Notes under the pieces: generated by a model
The model's database searches: none
Seen by the model: the letters and a program-made list of their open reading frames with translations, nothing else
Told to the model about the DNA's origin: nothing
Part shown: positions 37,301-46,075 of the stretch, piece after piece
How positions within the stretch are numbered: position 1 is the first letter of the stretch
How the letters are laid out: each line of letters begins with the position of its first letter
Program-made: the position numbers and the translations under genes
Source: a virus
Lineage: Duplodnaviria; Caudoviricetes
DNA length: 64,000 nt
Reading direction: 5' to 3' (one strand)
Virus record (IMG/VR): IMGVR_UViG_3300047283_000054

Positions 37301-38441
37301 GTACTTGCCAATTTTCAAATTCTGTACAAACAACTTCTGCTTTTAATGTATCAATATATTTTATATCTGTTGCTCCGAGAACTACATATCTTGGTCCACC
37401 TGTTTTTTGCCATTGTGTACCAAATTGATATATGAACGGTGGGTCATGCGGATTAGGTTCCCAACTAAAGTCAAATTTATTCTGAAACATATTAGTAGGT
37501 ATATCCCAGTTATCCATGCATGGATTACGTTTGACACGTTCTTCCATGTACTTGTATTCAGTGGCACCTTCTACGTTGCGTATAACACTAATCTTATCTT
37601 CAGGTTTGTTCCATTGATTACCCCAAGCATAGATATATGGTGGCGCAGTTGGATCAGGTACCCATGTCATATCAAATGATGACGGGTCTATATCTTCTAA
37701 TGCTTCAAAGTCAGCCGGTCTAGCTGCCAATTTAGGTACAATATTTTCAATGAACTTACGTTCAGTTGCACCTTCTACGTGATACTCTATCGTTGGCATC
37801 ACACTTGCTGGATACTGATTATTGCCAAATACATAAATGTATGGTGGCGCAGTTGGATCAGGTCTCCAAGTGTAGTCAAAATCTGCCGGCTCATATATAA
37901 TATTGAACAAGCGAGGCATTGATAATAATGTAGCCAATGTATCTGTTATATATTTTTTATCAGTAGCTCCCGGTACATGGTATTCAACTGTTGGCATGAT
38001 AGTACCGGGATACCACTTGTTACCCCAGACATAGATATAGGGGGGATCACTTGGGTCTGGGTGCCACTTAAAATCAAATTTATCTTTTTCAATATATTCA
38101 ATTATTTTCCAGTTACTTGTTACTTCATCTTTAAGAGCTATAGGATCAACATCAGCACGATATATTGTTACAGCATCTATATTGGTCGAGCATAACCAAG
38201 TACCACTGTCTTTTTGATAGGGGCTAGGCCATACGTTGTTGTGTTCTTCTGCCCATACATCTTCATCGGGAAGAAAGTCAAAGTCCCAATCCCAATCAAA
38301 ATCTTTATAATTACATTGTTCGTTGATTACCCAAAAATGTTCTGTTGTGCATTGGCGTTTTGCATCAGATAAATCTGTTGCAAATCTTTCTCTAGGGTGA
38401 ACGTTAGGTTTTTCTCCGAAATAAAATACATCTCTTAGCAT
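34374..38441 (-). CDS. 1355-aa tandem-repeat protein with degenerate GT-A-like domains
   Basis: About 10 repeats of FDFSW.P.....P.IY.(F/W)G.QW...P...V.GAT..KY; the C-terminal domain is homologous to 62357-63310. Confidence 0.7.
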   Translation of the reverse strand: MLRDVFYFGEKPNVHPRERFATDLSDAKRQCTTEHFWVINEQCNYKDFDWDWDFDFLPDEDVWAEEHNNVWPSPYQKDSGTWLCSTNIDAVTIYRADVDPIALKDEVTSNWKIIEYIEKDKFDFKWHPDPSDPPYIYVWGNKWYPGTIMPTVEYHVPGATDKKYITDTLATLLSMPRLFNIIYEPADFDYTWRPDPTAPPYIYVFGNNQYPASVMPTIEYHVEGATERKFIENIVPKLAARPADFEALEDIDPSSFDMTWVPDPTAPPYIYAWGNQWNKPEDKISVIRNVEGATEYKYMEERVKRNPCMDNWDIPTNMFQNKFDFSWEPNPHDPPFIYQFGTQWQKTGGPRYVVLGATDIKYIDTLKAEVVCTEFENWQVPKNIDQSKFDFSWHPDSTEEPFIYQFPDQWTRTGGPRYVVPGATEIKYIDAQIATAKQDKMHWTIPEGIDTTDFDFSWHPDIDHAPLIYQFGTQWQRTGGPKFYAVGCTEDSDIQYVDVTKAKALSNKDNWETLIPVKDFDYSWHPDTTEEPFIYVFGNQWFDAVTEPTVIYTVPGATQKKYINDVTANVAPTTENWETLIPVDNFDFSWRPHPDSPPYIYVWGNQWNNCFMEPTVSYTVPGATEYKYIEDAVAMVKSTEKDPQWEILLSISKFDFSWRPDPLEPPFIYVFGNKWNDAETEPTVMYRVEGATEYKFLDSIIATPKVNMTNWLVRNELDLKAFDFSWRPNPNKDPARYEWGTDGPVYIVPDFKTTITLDYDESARENIVVETTDEVIQKIIHRDMFFVDKGNSESRYRFEKLKLQFPAIQKTRYLNSWVETISRCTSKSTTELFWVLSSELDYTEFSFDYNPNPWQKRMIHVFGSQWTHWGNTYLVNKNSFNEDTKYVKIIEHLSMLNFVKDKRAKAEGSLYDVILINHGNKSNVNEVIKSKIDNKSITTVDYKHSYLKTFKEILKKLDTRKEHYLWICSSICDYENFDFSYICDPYAREQLHVFPSDKQKFGDTFLIDVNKFKSLIDDMIMMEDYEKVNYNQHQRVKRLPAPIIITKEDTHVTNIHTDFDWPYATFVTEDNKGLDIQDIEPISLWTPDTKNILITSTGATRIIVPKEAKDYVENELYDYPYISRAKSLTKSKPLDIVFLSNGETGSDENYEHLLKVTKGLNNRVVRVDGVNGRVQAYHAAAEASTTPWMFTVFAKLRVNDKFDFSWQPDRLQVPKHYIFHATNPVNGLVYGHQAMIAYNKKIVLGNQGTGLDFTLDNEHEVVDMNSGVAMFNTDEWSTWRTAFREAIKLRASTSDDSKYRLDAWLTKGEGPFAQYSINGALDAVEYFEQVNGELDKLRLSYDWPWLQKYFNTKYL

Positions 38442-38451
38442 AGATACTTAC

Positions 38452-39945
38452 TTATGATATAACTTTTACATTATACATTAATTCAAAGCGATCCGCATCT
38501 TTTCGGTCATTTACCATAGGCTCACCTCTAACATTTAATGAGGTATTCAACAACATCGGGCAACCGGTTAACACATACCATTTCTCTAATAGTTCTCGTA
38601 TTCCGGAGCCATCGTTTGGAACTGTCTGTACACGACTAGTCCCGTCAGCGTGAACGATAGCAGGAAATAACTGAGTATGCCTACAGCGAGCGATGACTTG
38701 CATATACCTACTATTATCGAAGCCACGAGGCATATCAAAATACATATCAGCATACTCCTCCAAAATGACTGGTGCAAAGGGTCTAAACTTCTGTCTGCGT
38801 TTAATTTCATTTACTTTGTCCTTGATTTCATTTCCTCTTGGGTCTGCAAGTAAGCTTCTATTTCCCAAGGCCCTTGGCCCAAACTCTGCTCGTCCGTTAG
38901 CGACTCCCACAATTTTGTCAGTAAGTAAACAATCAATAATACGATTAGCAGGATAAACCCCACTAATGTCATGGCCAAGAAAAGCATTAGTCCAGTTAAC
39001 ACGTTTACCATAACCGAGACAGGCCGCTCCAAGACTAGAACCAGCATCGCCAGGATTAGGCATAATCCAAATGTTGTCATAAAATTCTCCTAACAATCTA
39101 TTTGCTGAACAGTTTAATGCTACACCACCACCATATACTAAGTTCTTACTACCACCTAGCATTCTTGCTTTTGATATCACTGATTTAATTAATATTTCTA
39201 CTACATTTTGTGTTGAACTAGCAACATCCATTTCATTTTTATCAACTAAAAATTTATCAGGGGTTCCTATGTGTAAATTTTCTGCAAAACGAATATCCTC
39301 TATGTCTGTAATTAATCCTGACATTACATCTGTGTGCTTAGGATTACCGTAAGCAGCCATACCCATAAGAATATATTCTTCATCCAATGGTCGTAAGCCT
39401 ACATGCTGTGTCATTGCTGAATAAAATAATCCAATACTGTGTGGATACTTTTGTCCCCATAACTTTTTGTACTTTGCTAAACCATTTTTATCATACCAAG
39501 CATTGTAAATGCTAATAGTATCAAACTCTCCGATAGCGTCAATGACAACTACAGTAGCATCATTGTAGGGGCTTGTTTGGAAGCCTGCAGCCGCATGACT
39601 TAAATGATGATTATGTGTATGAACTTTGCCCCCACGTCCATCTTGTAGTTTATGTAATAACCCCGTACCTATAATATCTTTAACAAACAAATTAGATAGT
39701 GAGGGTTTTTCGCCTGAACGAACTTGTCGTAGAAACTTCATCCAAGGTCGTTCATAGTAGTGAATTTCTATGTCACGTGAATTAGTGTATGACAATATAT
39801 CTTCAACTATACCCATACATAGATGTTTGTCATGTTTATCTTTAGAGTATCGTTCACTATGTCCGGCAAACAGTATGTTACCATTATTATCTATAACACT
39901 TAGTGCGGCATCGTGAAATCCTGAGGATATGCCTATATAGTTCAT
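38452..39945 (-). CDS. Carbamoyltransferase (NodU/CmcH/TobZ family)
   Basis: GFHDAA, HHLSHAA, DAIGE, MGMAAYG, GGVALN, GDAG, EFGPRALGNRS, FRPFAP, LLNTSLN. Confidence 0.93.
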   Translation of the reverse strand: MNYIGISSGFHDAALSVIDNNGNILFAGHSERYSKDKHDKHLCMGIVEDILSYTNSRDIEIHYYERPWMKFLRQVRSGEKPSLSNLFVKDIIGTGLLHKLQDGRGGKVHTHNHHLSHAAAGFQTSPYNDATVVVIDAIGEFDTISIYNAWYDKNGLAKYKKLWGQKYPHSIGLFYSAMTQHVGLRPLDEEYILMGMAAYGNPKHTDVMSGLITDIEDIRFAENLHIGTPDKFLVDKNEMDVASSTQNVVEILIKSVISKARMLGGSKNLVYGGGVALNCSANRLLGEFYDNIWIMPNPGDAGSSLGAACLGYGKRVNWTNAFLGHDISGVYPANRIIDCLLTDKIVGVANGRAEFGPRALGNRSLLADPRGNEIKDKVNEIKRRQKFRPFAPVILEEYADMYFDMPRGFDNSRYMQVIARCRHTQLFPAIVHADGTSRVQTVPNDGSGIRELLEKWYVLTGCPMLLNTSLNVRGEPMVNDRKDADRFELMYNVKVIS

Positions 39946-40766
39946 TTGATAAATTCCTTGGCAGCATTTACCCATTGCTTATGATGTATTGGGCCAGGAT
40001 GTTTTTTATCTCTTGCTAAATCTGATTCTGCTTGTTCTTTGCTTTCTGAAGCCCACAACGGCAAGATAATACTATTTTTTAGTTTCAAACTTTTAAGTAA
40101 GTTGTATGTTTCAGCGTCCCATGAAGAAAGATATAGTTTTACGTTTCTATTTTTTGCAACATAGTCTATTAAATACATGTCGTTTTTAAAAGTTTTGATT
40201 TGTTCATCATTGGGAATATACTTATATAACATTTCAACATCTACCCCGTAGCTGTACGACAATTCACTTTTTAACCCTGGTATTAAAGATAAGTGAGTTA
40301 ACATATCTTTTTTCATATGCTTTATTCCAATTTGCATTCTATTATAACTAGGTAACAAAAATACAGCATGTTTCATTTGTATGTGTTTGGACGTGATTAA
40401 AAATAACTCTGAAATAGATTTGGCTGACGCACCAGACACACCAAAATTCAAAGATGTTAATTTCAATTCAGTTGCTAATACATTATGCCAAAGATAACTA
40501 TCAGGCAAACCTAACCCAGCAGTAAAACTGCACCCAAATGCGCCCATATCAATACTGTCAGGTATATCATCTGAGAATCGAAATCCTAATTTATTAAAAT
40601 AGTAATCAAAGTTGGGACCTTGCCATGTACAAGCATGTTCAATTTCCCCACGTGATGCAAAATCAACTCTGTATGATTCGTCAGTCCACTTCAAGTATTC
40701 TGTTTTAGTATACCCGATTACATCATCCAATGATTCAGAATCTAATAAGTTAACCAGTTGTATCAT
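39942..40766 (-). CDS. SGNH/GDSL-like protein
   Basis: FGCSFTAG block I, NFGVSGAS block II, C-terminal RDKKHP (DxxH). Confidence 0.6.
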   Translation of the reverse strand: MIQLVNLLDSESLDDVIGYTKTEYLKWTDESYRVDFASRGEIEHACTWQGPNFDYYFNKLGFRFSDDIPDSIDMGAFGCSFTAGLGLPDSYLWHNVLATELKLTSLNFGVSGASAKSISELFLITSKHIQMKHAVFLLPSYNRMQIGIKHMKKDMLTHLSLIPGLKSELSYSYGVDVEMLYKYIPNDEQIKTFKNDMYLIDYVAKNRNVKLYLSSWDAETYNLLKSLKLKNSIILPLWASESKEQAESDLARDKKHPGPIHHKQWVNAAKEFIK

Positions 40767-40867
40767 TTATAGATAAATGGATCACGTTTACGTAGTTCTT
40801 TAATACGCTTGCGGTAGCGTATCTCTGCTCTAATCGTATGATATAAATTTTTAATCCACTTGAACAT
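40763..40867 (-). CDS. Small basic peptide, 34 aa (MFKWIKNLYHTIRAEIRYRKRIKELRKRDPFIYK)
   Basis: Manually found; SD GAGGAG upstream; overlaps the rSAM stop upstream and forms an ATGA overlap with the next gene. Confidence 0.7.
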   Translation of the reverse strand: MFKWIKNLYHTIRAEIRYRKRIKELRKRDPFIYK

Positions 40868-42158
40868 AATCTGGCTCCTCTTTGCTAATAGTATTTATTA
40901 TATCTACAATCTGAGGAAATATTGCTTTCCAGTCTCTATTCCTACGTTTATCTATGTCAGCTAGGAAGTTAGCAAAATCATTAACTTCCTTCTTGTTTGC
41001 AGGAGTAGTTAATAGTTGTTGCTGTATTCCCATTAAATGAGTTTGTAATTTTTCTTTTTCAATAGGGTCGCTATAATTTTCTAATGCTTTGATTGGTGCA
41101 TCAATGAAATGTGCTAAATATTTTCCAAAGTTGTATGGATTGAATGTTGAGGGTCTAACTACAGTGTTCCAATTAATACCAACAGTAGATTTAATTTTGC
41201 GCCATTCATTTGTTTTTTCTATCAACTGGTGTAAGGTGGGCAACGTCAATGCAGTAAGTGTTGCATGAATCAACACACCTACACCCGGAGCATTTAACAA
41301 CGTGGTCATGTTTTGTTCCCATTCAGTTAATATTAATCCATCACGGACATATTCAATCTCAGGACCCCAGCAATCAATACTACATACAAACTCCATGCGT
41401 TTAAGTTTACCTTGATCAATCAAGTTTTGCACACGTTGAATCTTTGCTTTAAACTTTTCAGGATCATGTTTCAAATTACTAAATGAACGGTATACTAAAT
41501 TTGGTCTGGGGTGTCTATCAAAGAAATCTAAACATTGTTCAAATTCTTTTTGATATAGAGGTTCCCCACCTAATACTTGCAATATTTGTACGTGTTCGCT
41601 ATTCTTCTCCATCCATTCCCAAAATTTTTCTTTGTATAATTCATACTTAGAATCAGGGCGCCATGTGCTATAATCTTGGTTAAACTCACTTGGTCCAAAT
41701 TTACGAACTTCTTGTTCAATCTGACTGCTAAAGCCAGGTGTGCAATACACACATGATTGATTGCATACATTATTGAAGTAAACTTCAAGCAATGTGGGAC
41801 TAACACTTAATGGAATATTATCAAACTCATATGCACGTTGCACGTATCCTTCAAACTCAGGTGGCAACAATTCAATCGATTCATTTACAAATCCTGTCCT
41901 ATCGCTTTTACCGCCGGTCTTTTCAACATCTCTGCAATATTCACATCCGTTACCTGGCCATTCCCCACTTGCCATTTTTTCTCTATCAGCGAGCTTACCG
42001 TGATGATTATGAAAATCCATAAAGTTATCCTCAGTCAATCTCCAATGACGACCTCGATGACAACTTGATGTAGTGCCTCTACTTAAAAATAAGGTGCTCC
42101 ATGCCCATTTGTATAAGCAAGCGGCATCATTTTGTATAGGAAATGTTTTTTTTATCAT
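40851..42158 (-). CDS. Radical SAM protein (subfamily A, N-terminal Cys domain)
   Basis: CLYKW...SSCH...CEYC; CNQSCVYC; GGEP. Confidence 0.9.
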   Translation of the reverse strand: MIKKTFPIQNDAACLYKWAWSTLFLSRGTTSSCHRGRHWRLTEDNFMDFHNHHGKLADREKMASGEWPGNGCEYCRDVEKTGGKSDRTGFVNESIELLPPEFEGYVQRAYEFDNIPLSVSPTLLEVYFNNVCNQSCVYCTPGFSSQIEQEVRKFGPSEFNQDYSTWRPDSKYELYKEKFWEWMEKNSEHVQILQVLGGEPLYQKEFEQCLDFFDRHPRPNLVYRSFSNLKHDPEKFKAKIQRVQNLIDQGKLKRMEFVCSIDCWGPEIEYVRDGLILTEWEQNMTTLLNAPGVGVLIHATLTALTLPTLHQLIEKTNEWRKIKSTVGINWNTVVRPSTFNPYNFGKYLAHFIDAPIKALENYSDPIEKEKLQTHLMGIQQQLLTTPANKKEVNDFANFLADIDKRRNRDWKAIFPQIVDIINTISKEEPDYVQVD

Positions 42159-42166
42159 ACAGCTAT

Positions 42167-42925
42167 TTATAGAAGGCGTTGTATGAGGGGGATTATTTCT
42201 CTTTCAAAATAAATCAAATGGCCTTTATCATTTACATGATGATCGGGTGCATAACAAGTTTTATTAAAATTATAATCTCCTTTCCCAGAAGAATTATATC
42301 CAGAAAAATCGTATTTAGAGATATGTGGTATTTGAAATTTACCAATGCATAAAAGTTTTTTTAGAAAAGGTGTATTATATGACTGGGTAGGGAGAGACCA
42401 TATAAATTTTAAATTATTTACTGTTGCAAATCCATATGTTGCTAATAATGCAGTCATTGACAGATTATATCCTATGTCATCGTTAAACAAATGTCTTATA
42501 TACATTTTTTTAGCTTTATTATATGGAATTTCATTTTCCATTTGAGAATGATGATCCCATCCCATTACCCAAGGTACTATAACCTCAGGTTTAACTCCTA
42601 AAGCAACTTCTATCCTTGATGGAAAGGTTCCATTAAATATAACAATATCATCTGCACTTAGTGGATGTTCACTATGATATTCTATTAAGTTACGAAACAT
42701 TCCTTGACTACAATTTGCAGGTATTCCTAAATTTATTACTTCTATATTATTAAATTGATGTTGTAACAACGATGCCCAGCAATATGAACTAGGAATATTT
42801 TGCATAAATGGAGTTTCATCCCCTATGAATGTTTTAGTATCATGGTCATAGTAATATTCACGGTCTGAACAACCGTGCCCAAAAGTATAACTATCTCCTA
42901 ATACTATTACTTTATGTTTCTGCAT
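42167..42925 (-). CDS. SGNH/GDSL-like protein
   Basis: LGDSYTFG, INLGIPA, C-terminal PDHHVN. Confidence 0.6.
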   Translation of the reverse strand: MQKHKVIVLGDSYTFGHGCSDREYYYDHDTKTFIGDETPFMQNIPSSYCWASLLQHQFNNIEVINLGIPANCSQGMFRNLIEYHSEHPLSADDIVIFNGTFPSRIEVALGVKPEVIVPWVMGWDHHSQMENEIPYNKAKKMYIRHLFNDDIGYNLSMTALLATYGFATVNNLKFIWSLPTQSYNTPFLKKLLCIGKFQIPHISKYDFSGYNSSGKGDYNFNKTCYAPDHHVNDKGHLIYFEREIIPLIQRLL

Positions 42926-43653
42926 TCATATCTCTCAGTAATTTCCTTGTCATATCGAAATTCAGTTTGTTTATATAAATCAATAATGTTTTTATCTTGA
43001 CTAAGCAATGATTTAAATATAATCCCGGAAAGTATTGAATTGTTTTCTTTAGAAAGATGACACCATCTATTATCTACCTCACCCATTGACGGTAATTCTT
43101 TTTTACTTACATTAAATAAATTATACAAACAAGCTCCATGCCTTGATTCTAATGATATGGTAGTATTTTTATCTTTTCTATCATCAAACGTAAGTAAGTT
43201 TACAAGTTTGATATTATTACCATAGCACATCATATTTACGTCATTGAATATTTGTTGTTTTATCCAAACATCAAATGGTATTGAAATATTGGGTACATGA
43301 CCGGTTAATATTCTAACCATTTCTAATTCTTGTTGCCTAGATAAATTTTTATTTCTTCTTAACGCATATAACTCATCTGGTGTTGTTAGAAAACTCAAAT
43401 CCTCAAGTCCTTCAGGCAAATGATGTATTCTATGTAATGATGAGTAGCAAAATATGATATGGTCAAACTGTTCTCGGTGAGCTAAAAATTGCTGAAAAGA
43501 GTACCATGTAGAGGACCCTGTTTTACCATACGTAGTTACTTTATGACCAGCGTTCTCCATATCTGCAATCCAAGATTCATCTTCAGTGAAAGGACTTTCT
43601 GGATTGTAGGGATTTCTATCAGCAAAGCTGTCACCAAATATACCTATTCTCAT
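42907..43653 (-). CDS. SGNH/GDSL-like protein
   Basis: IFGDSFA, YGKTGSS, C-terminal CHLS. Confidence 0.55.
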   Translation of the reverse strand: MRIGIFGDSFADRNPYNPESPFTEDESWIADMENAGHKVTTYGKTGSSTWYSFQQFLAHREQFDHIIFCYSSLHRIHHLPEGLEDLSFLTTPDELYALRRNKNLSRQQELEMVRILTGHVPNISIPFDVWIKQQIFNDVNMMCYGNNIKLVNLLTFDDRKDKNTTISLESRHGACLYNLFNVSKKELPSMGEVDNRWCHLSKENNSILSGIIFKSLLSQDKNIIDLYKQTEFRYDKEITERYECRNIK

Positions 43654-44822
43654 TTTGATACCTCTATCATTTTAGTTTTATATAAATTATCCATAGCAGA
43701 TTTATTACCACATGTTTCTAAACAAAATAATAATTTACCATTTTCAATTGTGTCTGCCTTCCAACCGTCTAAAAAGAATTTAGAAAACTCCGGGCCTTTA
43801 ATTATTTCCAACATAGATTTTTTATTTAAATTAAAAACTTCTAATCCATAATCATTAATCATAGTGTTAAATTGATACCTAGAATAAGAAGAATTAAATT
43901 GACCAAAGACTCCCCCTAAGAAACAACAGGGCAACATATATCCTGTAGCAGAAATATAAACCTCTTGTGATTCTTTTCTCTCAATAGATTTACATGTTAT
44001 AGTAGATGTTTTTTCTAATTCTTTACTAAATTCATTTAGGATTGGAACGCTTTTAATCATACGAGTAAAGTCTACTTTTTCTCCAAAGCTAGGGCCATCT
44101 TTTAAACCTTTGTGATTAGCAGGCCATATTGAATATTCATATTCACCTTCTTTGTTATAGACTGACAAGCCTTTAGCTTTTTCATCATATTCGCCAAACC
44201 CTAATGGATTTTTCACAACAAGTTGAAAATTTAATTCTTTTGCAAGTGCCCGAGCTTCTTCAACTTGATGTTGATTATGTTCAAATATCAGCCATTCCCA
44301 TATAGCATTTGCGCCAGTTGCACTGTATGCTCTCATATTTGCAATTAATTTTTCCCATTTAACACCTCTGCGATATATGTGATTAGTATCTTCAAGCCCA
44401 TCTACACTAAATACCACACCTGCCCTGTTAAATAAGAATTTATCATTTGGATTAAGTTGTTTTGAAAAAAAGTTTCCTAGTTTAGTCCAATAGTCTGCAT
44501 TACGCATTCCGCCGTTAGTTCTAATTTGCTGAACAACATTGGGTGATTGCTCTCTAAAATATTCTATTATCTCTAATAAATCAGGTGCCATTCCAGGATC
44601 GCCTACGTTACCACAAAAATTTATACTTCTAATATTTTTTGCAATTTCTACTGGAACCATTCTTTTTATATCATCAATAGACAGGTCAGTAAGTTCTAAA
44701 TCTTCTGCCACGGGGCCGCCGCTATGATTTCTGCTACATGCAGGACAACTGGCGTTGCATCTACTGGATAATTCAATGTGTAACCTTGTTACACAATTTA
44801 TATCATACATTTGTTCTTCCAT
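43650..44822 (-). CDS. Radical SAM protein with C-terminal twitch-like domain
   Basis: IELSSRCNASCPAC, CGNVGDP, TNGG, C-terminal C...PCC...CLETC. Confidence 0.9.
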   Translation of the reverse strand: MEEQMYDINCVTRLHIELSSRCNASCPACSRNHSGGPVAEDLELTDLSIDDIKRMVPVEIAKNIRSINFCGNVGDPGMAPDLLEIIEYFREQSPNVVQQIRTNGGMRNADYWTKLGNFFSKQLNPNDKFLFNRAGVVFSVDGLEDTNHIYRRGVKWEKLIANMRAYSATGANAIWEWLIFEHNQHQVEEARALAKELNFQLVVKNPLGFGEYDEKAKGLSVYNKEGEYEYSIWPANHKGLKDGPSFGEKVDFTRMIKSVPILNEFSKELEKTSTITCKSIERKESQEVYISATGYMLPCCFLGGVFGQFNSSYSRYQFNTMINDYGLEVFNLNKKSMLEIIKGPEFSKFFLDGWKADTIENGKLLFCLETCGNKSAMDNLYKTKMIEVSK

Positions 44823-46075
44823 TATCGTAATCCTATATATTTTGCTAGATTGTCTGGTTTGTTTCTACGTTGTGTATATTGTTCAAAGAATATATCACTG
44901 TCTTTACGTAGTTGCGGTTGTGTTTCTTTAATGAAGCCCTCATCTAAAAACTTAAGTAGTCTAGCACAATGTTCGTGTTCCACTGGTAGTAATTCATCTT
45001 TGATTGACTCGTAAAAATTAGTATACTTGGTAATGTAAAAGTCTCGTTCTTCACGTGTTAAACAAGCAAAGCCTTGAAAGTCCGGCTTATCAACCATGTT
45101 GATTGAGATGTAGGGTTTTACTTTAGAACGATTGCGTATAGCAATAATATCCAAATACATTTGATCAAGTGACTGTAACGCAATTGCACTTACTGTTGTA
45201 CTTACACTAAACTCTCTGACCTTACTATTTGCCAATCGTTCAATGTTCTCTAACCATTCAGTATATATCATGCCCTCACGCACAAATTCGGCAGTCTCTC
45301 CTGCACTTTCATTACTGATATTCATACGCAAGTTGGTCAATCCACTAATCTTATCAAAAAATCTATCCATGATTACTGTCTTTTGGCAGAGGTTGCTGTG
45401 TATCACGCATTCAATGTTCGGGTTTATCTCTGTCATCATCTCAAACACACGAAAGACTTCTTCGTGCATCAGTGGTTCTCCGCCCGAAACACGGATAGAT
45501 TCTAAACTAGTAGCAACACTTTCAAACCATTCCCAAAACAATTTCATGTCGGGCGGATCTATCATCTCATTGAGTTCGTTGATATCTTTTTGATAGTGTC
45601 TGCGGTCATCAGTAATAATACCAGTATAAACACCATTTACTCTAATATCGTTTGTCCAACTTGTACTAAACTGTGGGCTACAATAACTACAAGCTAAGTT
45701 ACATGTATTCTGAAATGCTAACTCTAATGCTTTGGGCTTGAACACATAATTAGGATTCTTGTAGTCGTCTGATGATAAGTGATCCTTAAAGCTTAAACTC
45801 TTACGTGTTCTGTCACTACGCAATCCTAAATTCTCATAACGCCAGCAACTATCGCATGCAGGTGGTTGTTCTCCTGCTAACATTTTCTTTTGTTGTTCAC
45901 GTTTCTCGGCAGGGTTATAGAATGTATCTACTGTATTACCCACTTGAATAAAAGGAGTGTAATGGCAACTGGCAATCTTACCTGAGTAAACCCAGATACT
46001 TGCCTCATGAAATTTTGCAAGACAAAACGTATCGCTTGTCTCATCTCTTATCTTAAATAGTTTCTTCTCGTCCAT
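44822..46075 (-). CDS. Radical SAM protein (subfamily A)
   Basis: FCLAKF...SCH...CDSCW; CNLACSYC; SGGEP. Confidence 0.9.
   Translation of the reverse strand: MDEKKLFKIRDETSDTFCLAKFHEASIWVYSGKIASCHYTPFIQVGNTVDTFYNPAEKREQQKKMLAGEQPPACDSCWRYENLGLRSDRTRKSLSFKDHLSSDDYKNPNYVFKPKALELAFQNTCNLACSYCSPQFSTSWTNDIRVNGVYTGIITDDRRHYQKDINELNEMIDPPDMKLFWEWFESVATSLESIRVSGGEPLMHEEVFRVFEMMTEINPNIECVIHSNLCQKTVIMDRFFDKISGLTNLRMNISNESAGETAEFVREGMIYTEWLENIERLANSKVREFSVSTTVSAIALQSLDQMYLDIIAIRNRSKVKPYISINMVDKPDFQGFACLTREERDFYITKYTNFYESIKDELLPVEHEHCARLLKFLDEGFIKETQPQLRKDSDIFFEQYTQRRNKPDNLAKYIGLR

Noticed and set aside
36200-38100. Diversity-generating retroelement or mobile repeat in the giant gene
   Set aside because: No reverse transcriptase and no adenine-specific TR/VR pair; the repeats are in-frame protein repeats.
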